From the NCBI GenBank assembly GCA_038087875.1, contig CM075977.1:353586001-353650000 (forward strand): a stretch of DNA of 64,000 nucleotides. Reading direction: 5' to 3'. Below the pieces are notes generated by a model that saw nothing but the letters and a program-made list of their open reading frames with translations, was not told the origin of the DNA and searched no databases. The stretch is from Malacoraja senta (taxonomy: Eukaryota). Made by a program: the position numbers and the translations under genes. How positions within the stretch are numbered: the stretch's first letter is position 1; every line of letters begins with the position of its first letter. Of the stretch, positions 23,368 to 36,500 are shown piece by piece.

Positions 23368-23920
23368 CTTTTACCCAGGGTAGGGTAATCAAAATCCAGA
23401 GAAATTTGTTTAAGGTGAGAGGGGTAAGGTGAATAGGAAGTTGTATGGAACCTTTCACACAGAGGGTGGTGGATGTATGGAACGAACTGCCAGAAGAGCC
23501 GGTACTACAACAGCATTTAAAAGTTACTTGGACAGATACATGGATAGGAAAAGTTTAGAAGGATATAGGCCAAATGTAGGCAAATGGGAGTAGCTTAGAT
23601 GATGTCTCTTGGTCAGCATGGACGAGATTGGCCAAATGACCTGTTTCCATGCTGTATGTCTCTATAAATTCACATAAACACTTCTTCACACAGAGTTGTG
23701 AGTCTGGCATTCTCTGCCTCAGAGGGCGGTGGAGGCCGGTTCTCAGGATACTTTCAAGAGAAAGCTAGATAGGGCTCTTAAAGATAGCGGAGTCAGGGGA
23801 TATGGGGAGAAGGCAGGAATGGGGTACTGATTGTGGATGATCAGCCATGATCACATTGAATGGCGGTGCTGGCTCGCAGGGCCTACTCCTGCACCTATTG
23901 TCTTTGTCCATTGTCTATAA
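23368..23920 (+). mobile_element. Two adjacent CR1 3' end fragments
   Basis: TQRVV..WNELP-type and WNSLP-type 3' ends, each with a CR1 tail. Confidence 0.8.
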
Positions 23921-24128
23921 ACAACACTGGAGATCAGGAGTGCACCTGTGGTTGCTGGAGCTGAAGCAGTAACTACCAGATTGCCACTATGCTGCCCGAC
24001 ACTTGATAAATATTTTCAGAATGTCTTTCATTTTTCAGGGGGAAAATACAATGTTGATTTACATTGTTCTAATAATTTTGATTTAGTACATATCATAACA
24101 AATAAAATGAATTTGCCTCTGCATCAGT

Positions 24129-24134
24129 TTTATT
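24129..24134 (-). terminator. TARS1: Likely TARS1 polyadenylation signal
   Basis: AATAAA on the minus strand ~290 nt after the stop codon, followed by a U/GU-rich tract. Confidence 0.65.
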
Positions 24135-24424
24135 GAGCACTTCTTTACATATAGTCATGAATCACAATAAATTTCACAAGGTGAATTTGAGAAAGCAAAG
24201 AAAATCCCAGGCGCTATTTTTAAAAGGTGTTATTTTCAAAACATTTATGCAAGATAGTGCCAATGTACACAAATTGACATTTGTGTCCCCTCAACCCACA
24301 TTCATGGCCACTGATTTCTATTGATTGCCCAGTAATTCGAATGTTAACTGAATTAGTTCTTTCTTCCCCCAATTTAAAAACCTTTGATCCATATTGTATT
24401 GCCGGATAAAACAAAAAAAAAAAT

Positions 24425-24573
24425 TCAGAACTCCTCTTCAGCTTGTTTAGTTCTGGACAGTTTGTGCTGCAAAAGCCTCTCGATGGTCGCAGATACTGTG
24501 CGCTCCCCATGCACCTTGTTGTCTCGTGTCCGCACATTGACCGTTTCACTGCTCATTTCTTTTTCACCAACAA
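24425..24573 (-). CDS. TARS1: TARS1 exon 19 (last coding exon)
   Basis: [48 protein letters not shown]; acceptor ttttcag. Confidence 0.95.
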
Positions 24574-27500
24574 CTGAAAATAAAATAGATCAATTGTTAA
24601 TGCACTGTATAATAAAAGCATGACAAAAGCAATTATGTGAAAATGTGGACACAAGGAACAACAGATGCTGGTTTACAAAATTACACACAAAAAGTGTTGG
24701 AATAGCTCAGTGGGTCAGGCATCTCTGGAGAATATGGATAGCTGATGGTTTAGGTTGGGACTGAACCAAAAGGCCAGGGTACCTCATGAGACCGAGTGAA
24801 AAGTGCTGATCCAAAACCTATCCATGTTCTTCATTAATGCTGCCTTTCTAAAACAATATGAAAATGTGATAATCCTTAGAATTATCAAGAACATCAATAT
24901 GTGACCATCAGTTAAAACATGACATACAAGAATATTTTGTAAATATTGAAAGGTTGAAAATTAGTTTTGAAAAGTAACTTAATGCTCTCATTACAGCCCT
25001 CCAATTAACAGCAATGATAAACACAAACGCTTTCCTGTTTTAATAAAAATGCAATAACTTATCACTGTTGCACAAATGTTTCTTTGAGCTAGACAGCCAA
25101 CAACCTGATGCCACATATGATTATAGACACAAAAAGCTGGAGTAACTCAGCGGGACAGGCAGCAAGGAAAGAAGGAATGGGTGACATTTCAGGTCGAGAC
25201 CCTTCTGAAGCTTACTCCAGCTTTTTGTGTCTAAATGCAGGTTTAAATCAGCATCTGCAGTTCCTTCTGCCACATATGATTGGTTGAAAAAAACTGGCCA
25301 TGTAGGTGTAACTGAACAACTTAAATTAAATTTGTGGAAATATTAGTGCAGTTGGCCAAATTATTTGTCCGTTACAATGAACACTATGCCTGACATGTCA
25401 TAGGAACCCAAAACAGTATAACACAGGAACATGCCCTCTAGCCCACAATATCCGTGCCAACCATGATGCCAAACTAATCATCTACCTGCACAGGGTCTAT
25501 ATCCCTCCATTCCCTGCCAGTCATGTGTTGGTCTAAAATGGTTCTTAAATGTTGCCATCATACTTCCACCATTGCTCTTGGCAACATTTTAGGCAACTAT
25601 CATTCTGTCTAAAAGAAAATCCTTCGAAAACTTCTTTACCTTTGAAATCTGAAGAAAGTCCCGCACCAAAACGTCATCTACTTCCCTCCACTGAGTTCCT
25701 CCAGCTGTTTGCTTTTTCGCTCAAGATTTCACCATCTCCAGTCTCTTGTGGCTCCTTTAAACTGTGCCCCTTAAACCCATTATTTCTAGTATGCGACATT
25801 TCGAACCTGGAAAAAAAGTCCATCTACACTATCTATGCCTCTCAATTATATTTAATGCTATCAGGTCACCCCTCAGCTGTCAGTACTCCAAATGTCTTAA
25901 TTCCCTGGGTCAGTGTACCATGAGGGACTTTGTTGAATGCTTTATGCCTTGTACATGTGGACAACATCCACTGCCCTCCCCTCATCAATCATCTTCATCA
26001 CCTTCTCAATAAAAGTCAATCAAATTTATAAGATACAATCTCCCCTGCGCAAAGCCATGCTGACTATGCCTGATAAATTCTTATTTTTCAAAATGCTAAT
26101 AAATCCTATCACCAAGATTCTATTCCAATTATTACCGTACCACTTTATGAAACGTTCACGGCCTCTAATTTCCTGCAATATTCCTATTACTCTTCTCAAA
26201 CAAAGTATCAGCATCAGCTATTCTTCAGATATCTAGGTCATCACCAGAGGTAAGAGGGCACAAAAGATCAAGACCTCCACAATCAAGCAGTATGTAGAGG
26301 CCCCCCCACATGTGAGAGGGCAACACTGGATCTAATATTGGGAAATTGGGACGGGCAAGTTAATGAAGTGTTTGTGGAGGAGCCTTTTGGGACGTGACTA
26401 CAGTTCGATTAGGTTTAAGATATTTATGGATAGGGAGAGGGAGGGCCCACGTGTTAAAATGCTCAACTGGGGTAAGGCTAACTTTGAGAGTACGAGAGAA
26501 GGTCTCACTCAAGTTGACTGGGGCAGATTATTTGAGGGGAAGGGGACATTAGCCAAATAGGATTTTTTTTTTTAATGTGTTGACAAACACTCAGGATATG
26601 TACGTCCCTGTTAGAGTGAAGGGCAAAGCAGGCAAACCTAAGGAAGCTTGGCTGACAAGAAAAATGGAGGCATTGGTCAAAAACAAGGATGCAGGGAACA
26701 GCTATAGGCAGCTGGGATCAAGTGCATCCCTGGAGGAGTTTTGGGAACTAAGGAGTAAACTGAAAAGGGAAATCAGAAGGACAAAAAGGGGCCAGGAGAT
26801 GCCAGGAGATAGCTCTAGTAGGTAGCATTAAGAACAATCTCAAAAGATTTTATAAATACAAAAGGGGGAAAAGGGCAACTAGAGAGAGAGTGGGACCTCT
26901 CAGGAATCAAAGCGGTCACCTCTGTGTGGAGCCAAGGTCGAAGTACTGAAGGTGATATCGTGTAGGAAGGTAGACAAATCTCCAGGGCCTGATCAGATAT
27001 ATCCGAGGACACTGTGGGGAACTAGAGAGGAAATTGCAGGAGCCCTGGTAGAAATTTACGAGTTATCCTTAAATACAGGTGCTGTTCAGGACAGGCAAGA
27101 CTGGAGCATGGCAAATGCTGTGCCTCTATTCAAGAAGGGCTGCAGGGAAAATTGTGGGAACTATTGTTCGGTGAGCTTAACATCTGTAGTTGGAAAGTTA
27201 TTAGAGGGTATTCTGAGGGATAGGTTATACAGGCACTTGGATGGGCAAGGGCTGATTAGGGATAATGTCGCACAAATCTGATTTTAGTTTTTTGAAGACC
27301 TGACAAAAAAGGTCAATGAGGGCAGAGCTGTAGACATTGTATAGTTAGATTTCAGTAAGGCATTCAACAAAGTTCTGCATGGTAGGCTGCATGGAAGGTT
27401 AGATCTCATGGGATCCAAGCAGAGATAGCTGATATCATAATATCCCTCCCTAATTTCACCATCTTCCATACATACATCTCCACAGGTAACAGCACTATGT

Positions 27501-30500
27501 AATGTTCGGACGAATCAATAAAAACAGTAATAATTTCCAATTTTTTAAAAAGTTTAGCACAGTACATCCTGTAGTATCATTTTATTCTGTACTGTTTGGG
27601 CAACAAAAGTAATATCTTGACTATTAATGGCCTTAAATGCAAAAACTCCAAAAACTAACAACCGAATAATAAACTGCTCAAAGTAAACAAGATTTTTTGC
27701 ACTCCTTCGCTCCTCCGGCCACATTTTCTCCTCCCCTCTTCTATCCAGTCCTTACCAAGAATAAAATTATACTGGGCAAGTTGTGCATTTCGGATCTTCT
27801 TGTTCAATGTGCAGCCTTGGTCAAGATCAACGTCACTCATTAATCCAGCTTCATGAAACTGCCGCTGAACCTAGACATTTATAAAAGAATCATTAGGGGA
27901 AAATAATTCTGAAAAAGGACAAAGATCATGACATTGGAAATGCCTCAGCGCAAGCCTCTGGAATTCATAATATATTCATATATTAAATTTCACTGTACCA
28001 ATTGGTGCATGTGACAATAAATGTCTCTTGTCTCTGAAAGGGCAGATCATTGGGGTCATTTAAAAAGTAAGTAAATGTTTCAAAGATCAGGGAATGGAAG
28101 AAATGGCTCAGAAAAGGAAATTAAACATGTGGCAGATCAAAATGATCATATTAAACAGCAGACGGGAATGATGGGCCAAATGGCCTACTACCGCCAATAT
28201 TTCCAATGTTCTTAGAGAAGTGTAGGTCATTGATTTCCACATCATGGAAACCTCAAATTTGTTGCAATCAGTTTTAGTGATCATGGGAAATGCTGATTGA
28301 TTCACAACATAATCTGGGCCAATATCAATACATTCAAGTAGTATAAAAGCAGGATAAGTTATTAGCTATAATACTAGAGTACAAATAGAGAAAGGTAATT
28401 TTGTACATTTTAAGAATTACAGATGTTAAATCTTGTGAGAAAATTCAGAGTGAAAGGATTTATCAAGATTACACCAAGAGTCCCTGTACAATTATGATGG
28501 ACTTCCACACCAACTAATTCATATTGATTTTCACACCTAATCAAAACATAAAGATCCTGCAATCCTGTTAAAAAGTAAAACAGGAATTACAAATGAGAAA
28601 TTGATTCAGAATACTTTTGTTTTATTACCACAAAGGAACGAATCTGCTGCTATACTTTGCTTGAAAATGTAAATTTTGAATTAGATTTAATATAACAAAT
28701 TGAGAATACTTTTCACACATCTACATGGAGAAAAGTAAGATAATAGTTTCCCAATTTCACCTTTTGTGCATATTCCTCAAATGCAGGTCCCACGGGTACA
28801 ACCATAACTTGACGCGGAGATATCCAAAGGGGCCTGTAAGGTAAAAAAATTGCAGCAATGCATGTCATTATTCGAAAGTGAAAACAAATTGATATTGGTT
28901 TATTATTGACATGTGTAACAAGATACAGTGAAAAGCTTTTTTTGCGTGCTATCCAGTCAAATCACATTGTACACACTGTTGGTGATATGTGCGCTTAAGA
29001 ACTTTTAAGAAGCCAGAGATACACGGCTGTGAAGCTCGGCGGACATTTAACATTACCGGTCGGTTATCCTTGGTTCTGAAAACTACTGCTTATGTTTTTT
29101 TCCCCGATGACCCAATGGAATTCACCGGTCAACAACGGCTACAAACTACGAGAACCTTCGACCTCCTGGCGACCCACCTACGGCATGAGAATTCTCGCTA
29201 CTCTCCATGGTGGTTTCATTCTGGTCGTCGCTAATTTTTCAACATGTTTTGCAACCATAATGAGGCCACGACTAGTTCCCAGAATACGGGAACTCCTCAC
29301 GACCATGAAGGTGCCTCCCCGGCAACCACCCGCAAACATGTGGCGACTGCATAGTCTCCTGCAGTCGCCTAAATAGTCGCCTAAGTGGGACAGGCCCATC
29401 AGGAATTCCTAAAGCATGTCATAGCAAGGAGAATACTTCAAAGCATCATTATGCTGGGACTTAGGAAATTCAGCAGCACGTAATGGGAATTTCCTACCTT
29501 ACATTCAGGTAGCAAAAACTCCCACATTTAACATTGTGAAAATGACAGGGTCACCATTTAAGTGAGATGTTAGTCATGGGTAAAATATTGATTAGCCTAC
29601 CAGGAATGTTTTTGTTTTCTTTTTATAAATGTGACATAGGACCTTGTGTCCTTTTGAGGGAGTAGCCAATATTTAATTTGCCTTGTCAACATAGTACCAG
29701 CGATTATGCACTCCTTCAAATCAAGTCTCAATCTGGATTTTGGGGCTCACTCAAAATCCCAGAATTCTAATGCAAAGTCACATCTGCTACACTTATTATT
29801 AGAAGCAATTATGTAACGGATTAGATTTCTGATATTAATAAGTCATTTTGCAATTCCATCTATTTTAAAGCTCCAAACTCCAAATATGTACTTTCTGATT
29901 AAGTTACAACTAATTATTGATCTATTTTCTGTGTAATCACTTTTAAGAATTAGATCAAACCAGTAGCATTGGATCATATCATTTCTTTCATCATGCTCTT
30001 TAAATTGTGTGTGTGCTTTCTCTTAATCTATATTGTTCATTGCAAAGGCATAATAAAGGCAACAAAAGATTCACCGGTTTTGGTTATTTTTTGTTTGCCA
30101 GAAATATCAACATGCTTGCATGTATTATTGCTTGTGACCAATCTGGCCTATTACAGGACAGAGTTGAACAAAAGTACTCAATACCTCTCCTGCTCCCATC
30201 AAGAAAGCAAAGTTGAACAAGTGTTTACCACAGCCAGCTCAAGGACAAGAATACCTGATAAAACTGCCATCTTCCTCAGTGACAGCATAGAAAACCAACA
30301 GACACTCCTTTCTGCAGCACTAGTCTAATATTTCAGTCAAGAACCACAATTCTGAGGAGCATTAATGAATTGTTGAACTGGAAATAAATGAGAGTCGCAG
30401 TGAGCGTATTGTCTCAGAGCTGACTGCATGCCAGATGCCACACAGATTTTTAAATCCCAGTTGCCAGATCAGTTTACAACAACAGGTGGTTCTTCTTAGG

Positions 30501-33500
30501 GGAGGCAAAGGTTAGATATTTGTCTAATAGTAACTCTGTTAACCACCGTAGAGAATAGATTAAAAAACATTAAAAACGGCTTACTTTTTTAATAAATATG
30601 GCAAGTATATTGATTTCAGAGACAGAAAAAGGATAACCTAAAAAAAACTGTACGTTTACTTATGCAAGTACATCAAATTATAAGGTATTCAAACACTGAC
30701 ACTCCCCGACTTATGTAAGAGTTACACTTCGTAAGCAAATCAGAATCACCTTAAAACTTGGTAGAAACAAAGAACTGCAGATGCTGGTTAATAACAAAAT
30801 TACACAAAGTGTTGGAGTAACTTAGCGGGTCAGGCAGCATCTTTGGAGAACATGGATAGGTGACATTTGGGTCGGGACCCTTCATCTGACTGATTCAGTC
30901 TGTTGAGTTACTCCAGCATTTTGTGTAGTTTTATCTTAAAACTAGGTACCGCTGCCACTGGTCTACACTATCAAGCCCTTCTTCAACAGCTGCCGCACTG
31001 TCTGGTTTACGCAACCGTGGTAGCCCCTGGTCAATGGCTTTTTCTTCAGGCTGCTCCACCGACAAGGCGCACTCAGCCAATGTGGGCTCCCTTCCCTCTT
31101 ACCCGCTGCCACTTCTTGTCAACCATTGTTTTGTCCACTATGCCACACCCTTCCAATGCCTCCTCCTGTCGCTTTGTCCACACAGCTGCCCCCCTCTACA
31201 CCACCGCATCCTCCTCCTCCTCCCCAGAGTCAATCTTCCACTTTGGTATAAGTCGGTGACTTGGGGAAGAAGGTGGAGGAGCCCACAGTAGAAGGGGAGG
31301 CAGCGGAGTGGACAAAACAACGGGAGTAGGAGGCGGCGGTAGCGTTGGAGGGGCGAGTGGACAAAGCGATGGCAGACAGGAAGAAGTGGCAACTGATGGG
31401 AGGTTAGGGAATCTGTTGGTGGCAGCATGAATAAAGAAGCATTGTCAGCCAGGAGCTGCAAAAACAGCCACGTCAACCAAACGGTTTTGCAGCTGGAGAT
31501 GAAGGGCTCACTGGTGCACCTTGTGGAATATGTTAGTGACTTGGCCAGGAGTTGCTCTCCTCTGTCTCCCTCGTCCTCGCTCGCCTTCCCAGTGTCGAAC
31601 AAACCGTGACCGAAACTTGAAGAGCAGCGAGTCCAGACAAAGCATTCATATCTACGAAGCGGATGGGAAGCCCGGAGTAACCCAGATCATTCAGGAAACT
31701 GGACCACCTACCGTGAATGGTTTACATAAGTGCGAGTTTATGTAACTCGTCTATCACACAAGTCGGGGAGTGCCTTACAATAAAACCATATTTGTGCACC
31801 CATTTTGAAATAAATTAACATTACAGCAGGAAATATGGTATTGATTATTCTTAATAAAATCTGAATACAATTAAAATAGAATTAAATATTACCATTTGCC
31901 TGCATAGTTTTCAGTCAAAATTGCAATCATTCGTTCAACAGAACCCAGGATGGCGCGATGAATGATAACTGGCCTATTATGGTCACCACCATCATGACTG
32001 TGAAATAAAGTGACACTAGGTCAGAACTCAGTCATTTCTAAAATAAAATTAATTGGGCTCTATAGACTATAAATCAAGACATGCAATTGAGCCCATAGAT
32101 GCATAATAAACTTACACAAGATATCAACATTTATTATTGGGGCTTCTCGTGCAGCTGAGAAACAGAGAGGTTCAGATGTTTACATCAATTTTTGTGAGTG
32201 CACTGTTGCAAATATTACTGCTAGAATACTGTTTTTATCATCTGAAATAAAGACTGAATATGTTTTTTAATAATAACTAATTTTTATTCAGCGGGAGCAA
32301 ATGCTTTTTTGCAGCGGTTGTCATGTCATTTTGCGATCAACCAAATCTGAAAAATCAGACATTTGTTTCACCATCCCGTAAAAATATATTAGTACTAACT
32401 TTGTAACGTTGAAATTAGAGCATTTATATTAATCACCCTTCCCATTCAACAAGTTTTACAAAATTATTTAGCCTAGCACATCACTATTTTATCCACTTAC
32501 ACTAGAGATATTTAAGCAAAAAACACAAAGTGCGGGAGTAACTCAGTGGTCAGGCAGCATCTCAGCTGACGTTTCAGCTCATGGACAGCTGACGTTTCAG
32601 GTTCGATTGCAGTAGTGGGGGAGAAAGCTGGAAAAGGGATGGGGGCAAGACAAATCCTGGCAAGTGATAGGTGGATACAGTCGAGGGGGGTTTGATTGGC
32701 AATTGGGTGGACAAAGGCAGGAGATGAAATGAAGAATCTGGGTCAGAACATGGTCAAAAAGCAGAACAGGAGGAATGACAGAGAAGGGTCTCACAGAACT
32801 CCCGGAGAGAGGAGAAGGACTTCTTCAAAGTATGCATTCCTTCAGGAAATTTTGCAGTGGAGCAGTAAAATAGAGACAAAGGGAAAGCCGGTTTACAAAA
32901 AACTTGACAAATTGTCAGAGTAACACAGCAGGTCAGACTGCTTCTCTGGAGGTTGTGTATAAATGACGTTTCAGGACAGGATCCTTCCATTGATTGTGGT
33001 GGGGGGAGAAAGCAGGGAAAGGGGCTTGGGCAGGACAAAGCAGTTTTTAAATTAGGTGAAGGGAGAGTACAAAATGATGCAACACAAACTTTGAAATGGA
33101 CTGTTCACAAATGAATAAGACCTTAATTGAAGTGCACTTTCGGAGGCTTACCTGACATAGGTCAAGTTAAATCTGATTGGCAACTGAAAATCCAATTGAA
33201 TTGTAGCACATTGATGATATCTACCAATAGCATCTTTGATTTTTATGTCAATCTGCAAGAGCATTTTCAAATATGTTAGAAATCCTTTGGTTGTCACACT
33301 GAATATTTTGGATGCGATATTCCATTTCAAATTACCTTCGGCCCATAAAAAGCTCCATCACCAGGGTTCAAAGTCCATTTCTCACCAAACTCATTGAGAC
33401 TGTTTTCTAGTTGCTGTTAGAAAAAAAATCATACAATTATTGGTCAGATTAAAAATGCACCAGAAAACAGAGCACTGTGCATTTCAGCATCACTCAAGAT

Positions 33501-36500
33501 GACAAACCTTCTCAGCAGTGTTCCACAATTCAATATCACCAAGAAATTTCTCTGGACGAGTAGAAAGCTCAAGTTTAAAAGTAAATCCGAAAATTTCATA
33601 GACAGCACGAAGAAAATCCAGGCAACCTTTAATTTCTGACTCAATCTGATAAAACAAAAATATCAAGCATTACATTTGAAATGATAAAATTACCATCAAC
33701 AGGCTGGCACTGAAACTATGAGAAGGACAAATGAGAGAAGCCATTTAATTGCCAGAAATGTGATACAATAAGAGTACTGCTAACATTGGTCTTATTCCCA
33801 TTTCATTTAAAATAGCACATCTGGTCAGGTCAGGGGGGGAGTTCCCCCCGCCACAGGTACCATGTAATCCTGTGCTACCTGCTCCATGGTCGGATAGTCG
33901 GCGACTAAACCGTCTCCCCCACCTGGTTGGCCAGGTGAGGAGGGGGCTGTGGACCCCAGCAGGACCAAAATCAAGACATGTCAAAGGGAGGATGAGCTCC
34001 TCGCGAGCCAATGGCCATCCACACCAGTAGAAGTTGCGATCACTGTCGTACAGAGCATTGTAAGGCACCGTGCCCGTTGATGTTTTCAACGATGATGACA
34101 TCCGCAAAAATGCAGTACACTTTCACAGAAAAACTTAACAATTCCAAAATATTGAAGCAGGGACAACTTCTGACAGAAAAAATACTTGCTCTTCTACGAT
34201 TAGAACCAGCACATCAAGAATATTTTTGCAACAAGCAGAACACTACATGATAGAAAATTACATGATAGAAAGCCTCACATCTATGTATGTTTATCTTTTC
34301 CAGTTCCGAGTTTACTTTCCAATTAAGAGATTCCCTTGAATTTTGACTGGACTGAAGTGATACTAAAACGAGTTTGGCATTCAGTAACTAAACCATTCCC
34401 CTGTCAATACTGTTTTCCTCATCAAAGTACTACATTTTCTTTGCAATTGTAAACTGAAAAGTATCAATTTACAGTTCTCTGAATTTCACAATTGAGCAAA
34501 CATTCATTGCACAACCATGCCCTTGATTAAAAATGAATTGTTCATTAGTTCTACTACTCTAATCTACCTACGCAAGTCATTCCTTCCTCTCTCCTAGAAC
34601 TTAAATGGTCCTTAAAATCCAAGCTTGCTGTCACAAAACCAGTTACTTTCAGTTGATTCCATCTTGGCTGCTGTAACCATATTATATACCTGTTCCATGG
34701 TGCAGAAAATGTGGGCATCATCCTGCTGAAACCTGCGCACCCGAGTCAAACCAGTCAACGCTCCTGACAGCTCATTACGGTGAAGTACACCAAAGTCCGC
34801 ATACCTCATTGGTAGCTCCCTCCAGGACCGAGGGCGATTGTCAAACATGAGGCTGAAACATGAACAATCAAATAAATGCCTTGCAAATTGAAAAAAAGTA
34901 TTACGTTCAACAAAAACTTCCGAAGCAGTAAATAAAGAAACATTCAAAGAACAGATAAGGAATACACACTTGAAGTTTTGTTTAGCAAAACAGTGCGGAT
35001 ACAGGCCCTTTGGCCCACTGAGTCCACGTCGACCATCAATACCTGCACACTAATCCCTGCTGACTTTAACATCGCAGTGCGGGGCGATTCCTTGCCGAGG
35101 ATCGCCAGTGTTCGAGCTCCATACAGCGGAGCCTGTGGTCGGAAGCCACGGTCTCTGGTAAGAAGCGGCCTATTCGGAAATTCCAAGCCGCAGAGTGTGT
35201 TCCGATCCGTTCTGACGCCGGAGTTTCGATCATCAAGGCGAGAGGGCCTGTACATTGGGCCGTCTGTAGCGGCGACTGAGGAGGGTTCAAAGGCCCCAAC
35301 CACAGATGAACAAAGAGGAAGATGACTATTGCCTTCCATCAGTGAGAAATGTTGATTCCACTGTGGTGGATGTTCATGTTAAATTCTATTGTGTATTGTG
35401 TTACTTTTATTTGTATGGCTGTATGGTAACTCACGTTTCACTGTACAAATTGGTGCATGTGACAATAAATGTGAACTTGAATTTGAACTATCCTACACCC
35501 ACCAGGGAAAATTTACAATGTTACCAAGCTAATTAGCCTACAAGCCTGTACATCTTTGGAATGTGGAAGGAAACCAGAGATTCCAGAGAAAATGAGGAGA
35601 ACGTACAAACTACGTACAGACAGCATCCATAATCAGGATCGAACCCAGGTCTTTGGTGCTGTAAGACAGCAACTCTACCACTGCGCCACCATGCTGCCCA
35701 GTCCTTATGCTAGAGTCAAATATTTAGCATAAGAAAATAGGAAGGGACTAATTGGCACTCGCACAACAGGCCTGATGTTTGTCGTAAGGGACTTGATAAA
35801 CTGAGGTTTGGGTAAATCACACAAGGCAATTTCAAGAGATTTGGTGACAAATTTGAGATTGAGGAAAGGGAAGGAGTAGGGAACAAGGTGGAGAATACCA
35901 GATAACACTCCATACAAAAAAAACAATGAACCCCATGTGACTGAATATTGGGAGAGGATCATTCAATAATATCTTTATTAGTAATCTTGTACAAATGTAT
36001 TCTGATGTTTTCTGGTGCAGTTTACCTTGACTATTTTGAATGAGACTGTTGTAAACACAATCAATTTGTATTAAAGATCAGTGAACTTTTGTTAGCAGTC
36101 CTTAATCCATAACTGCATTAGCCCAACAACATTCAATGTAATTGTGTTTAATTATCTATGTAGTGCCTTACCTAGGTATTCTGAAGGTTTAAATAACACC
36201 ACATCTTCAGGTTCTCCTTATCTAATCTGCCATTTACAACAAAAACTACTATTTTCCCATCTTGATTTTGGGTGCGTGCGCGTGTGCAGATATTAAATTT
36301 GATTGATCCCACTATTGTTTTTCAAGTGACCTTGTCATAGGCAAAGAATATCAAGACAGCTTTAGCCGCAATCGATGGCATCCACCTCCGTTCCCATCAA
36401 CTGTCCCCTAATTGTACGACTCACCTACACAATAGAAACGATTTACAGTCCCCAATTAACCTATCAATCCACACATCTGTGACATGCAGATTACTCGAGT

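Noticed and set aside
33860-33915. HDV-like ribozyme in the GC-rich insertion
   Set aside because: I could build only a simple hairpin (TAGTC-GGC-GACTA), not the nested double pseudoknot.
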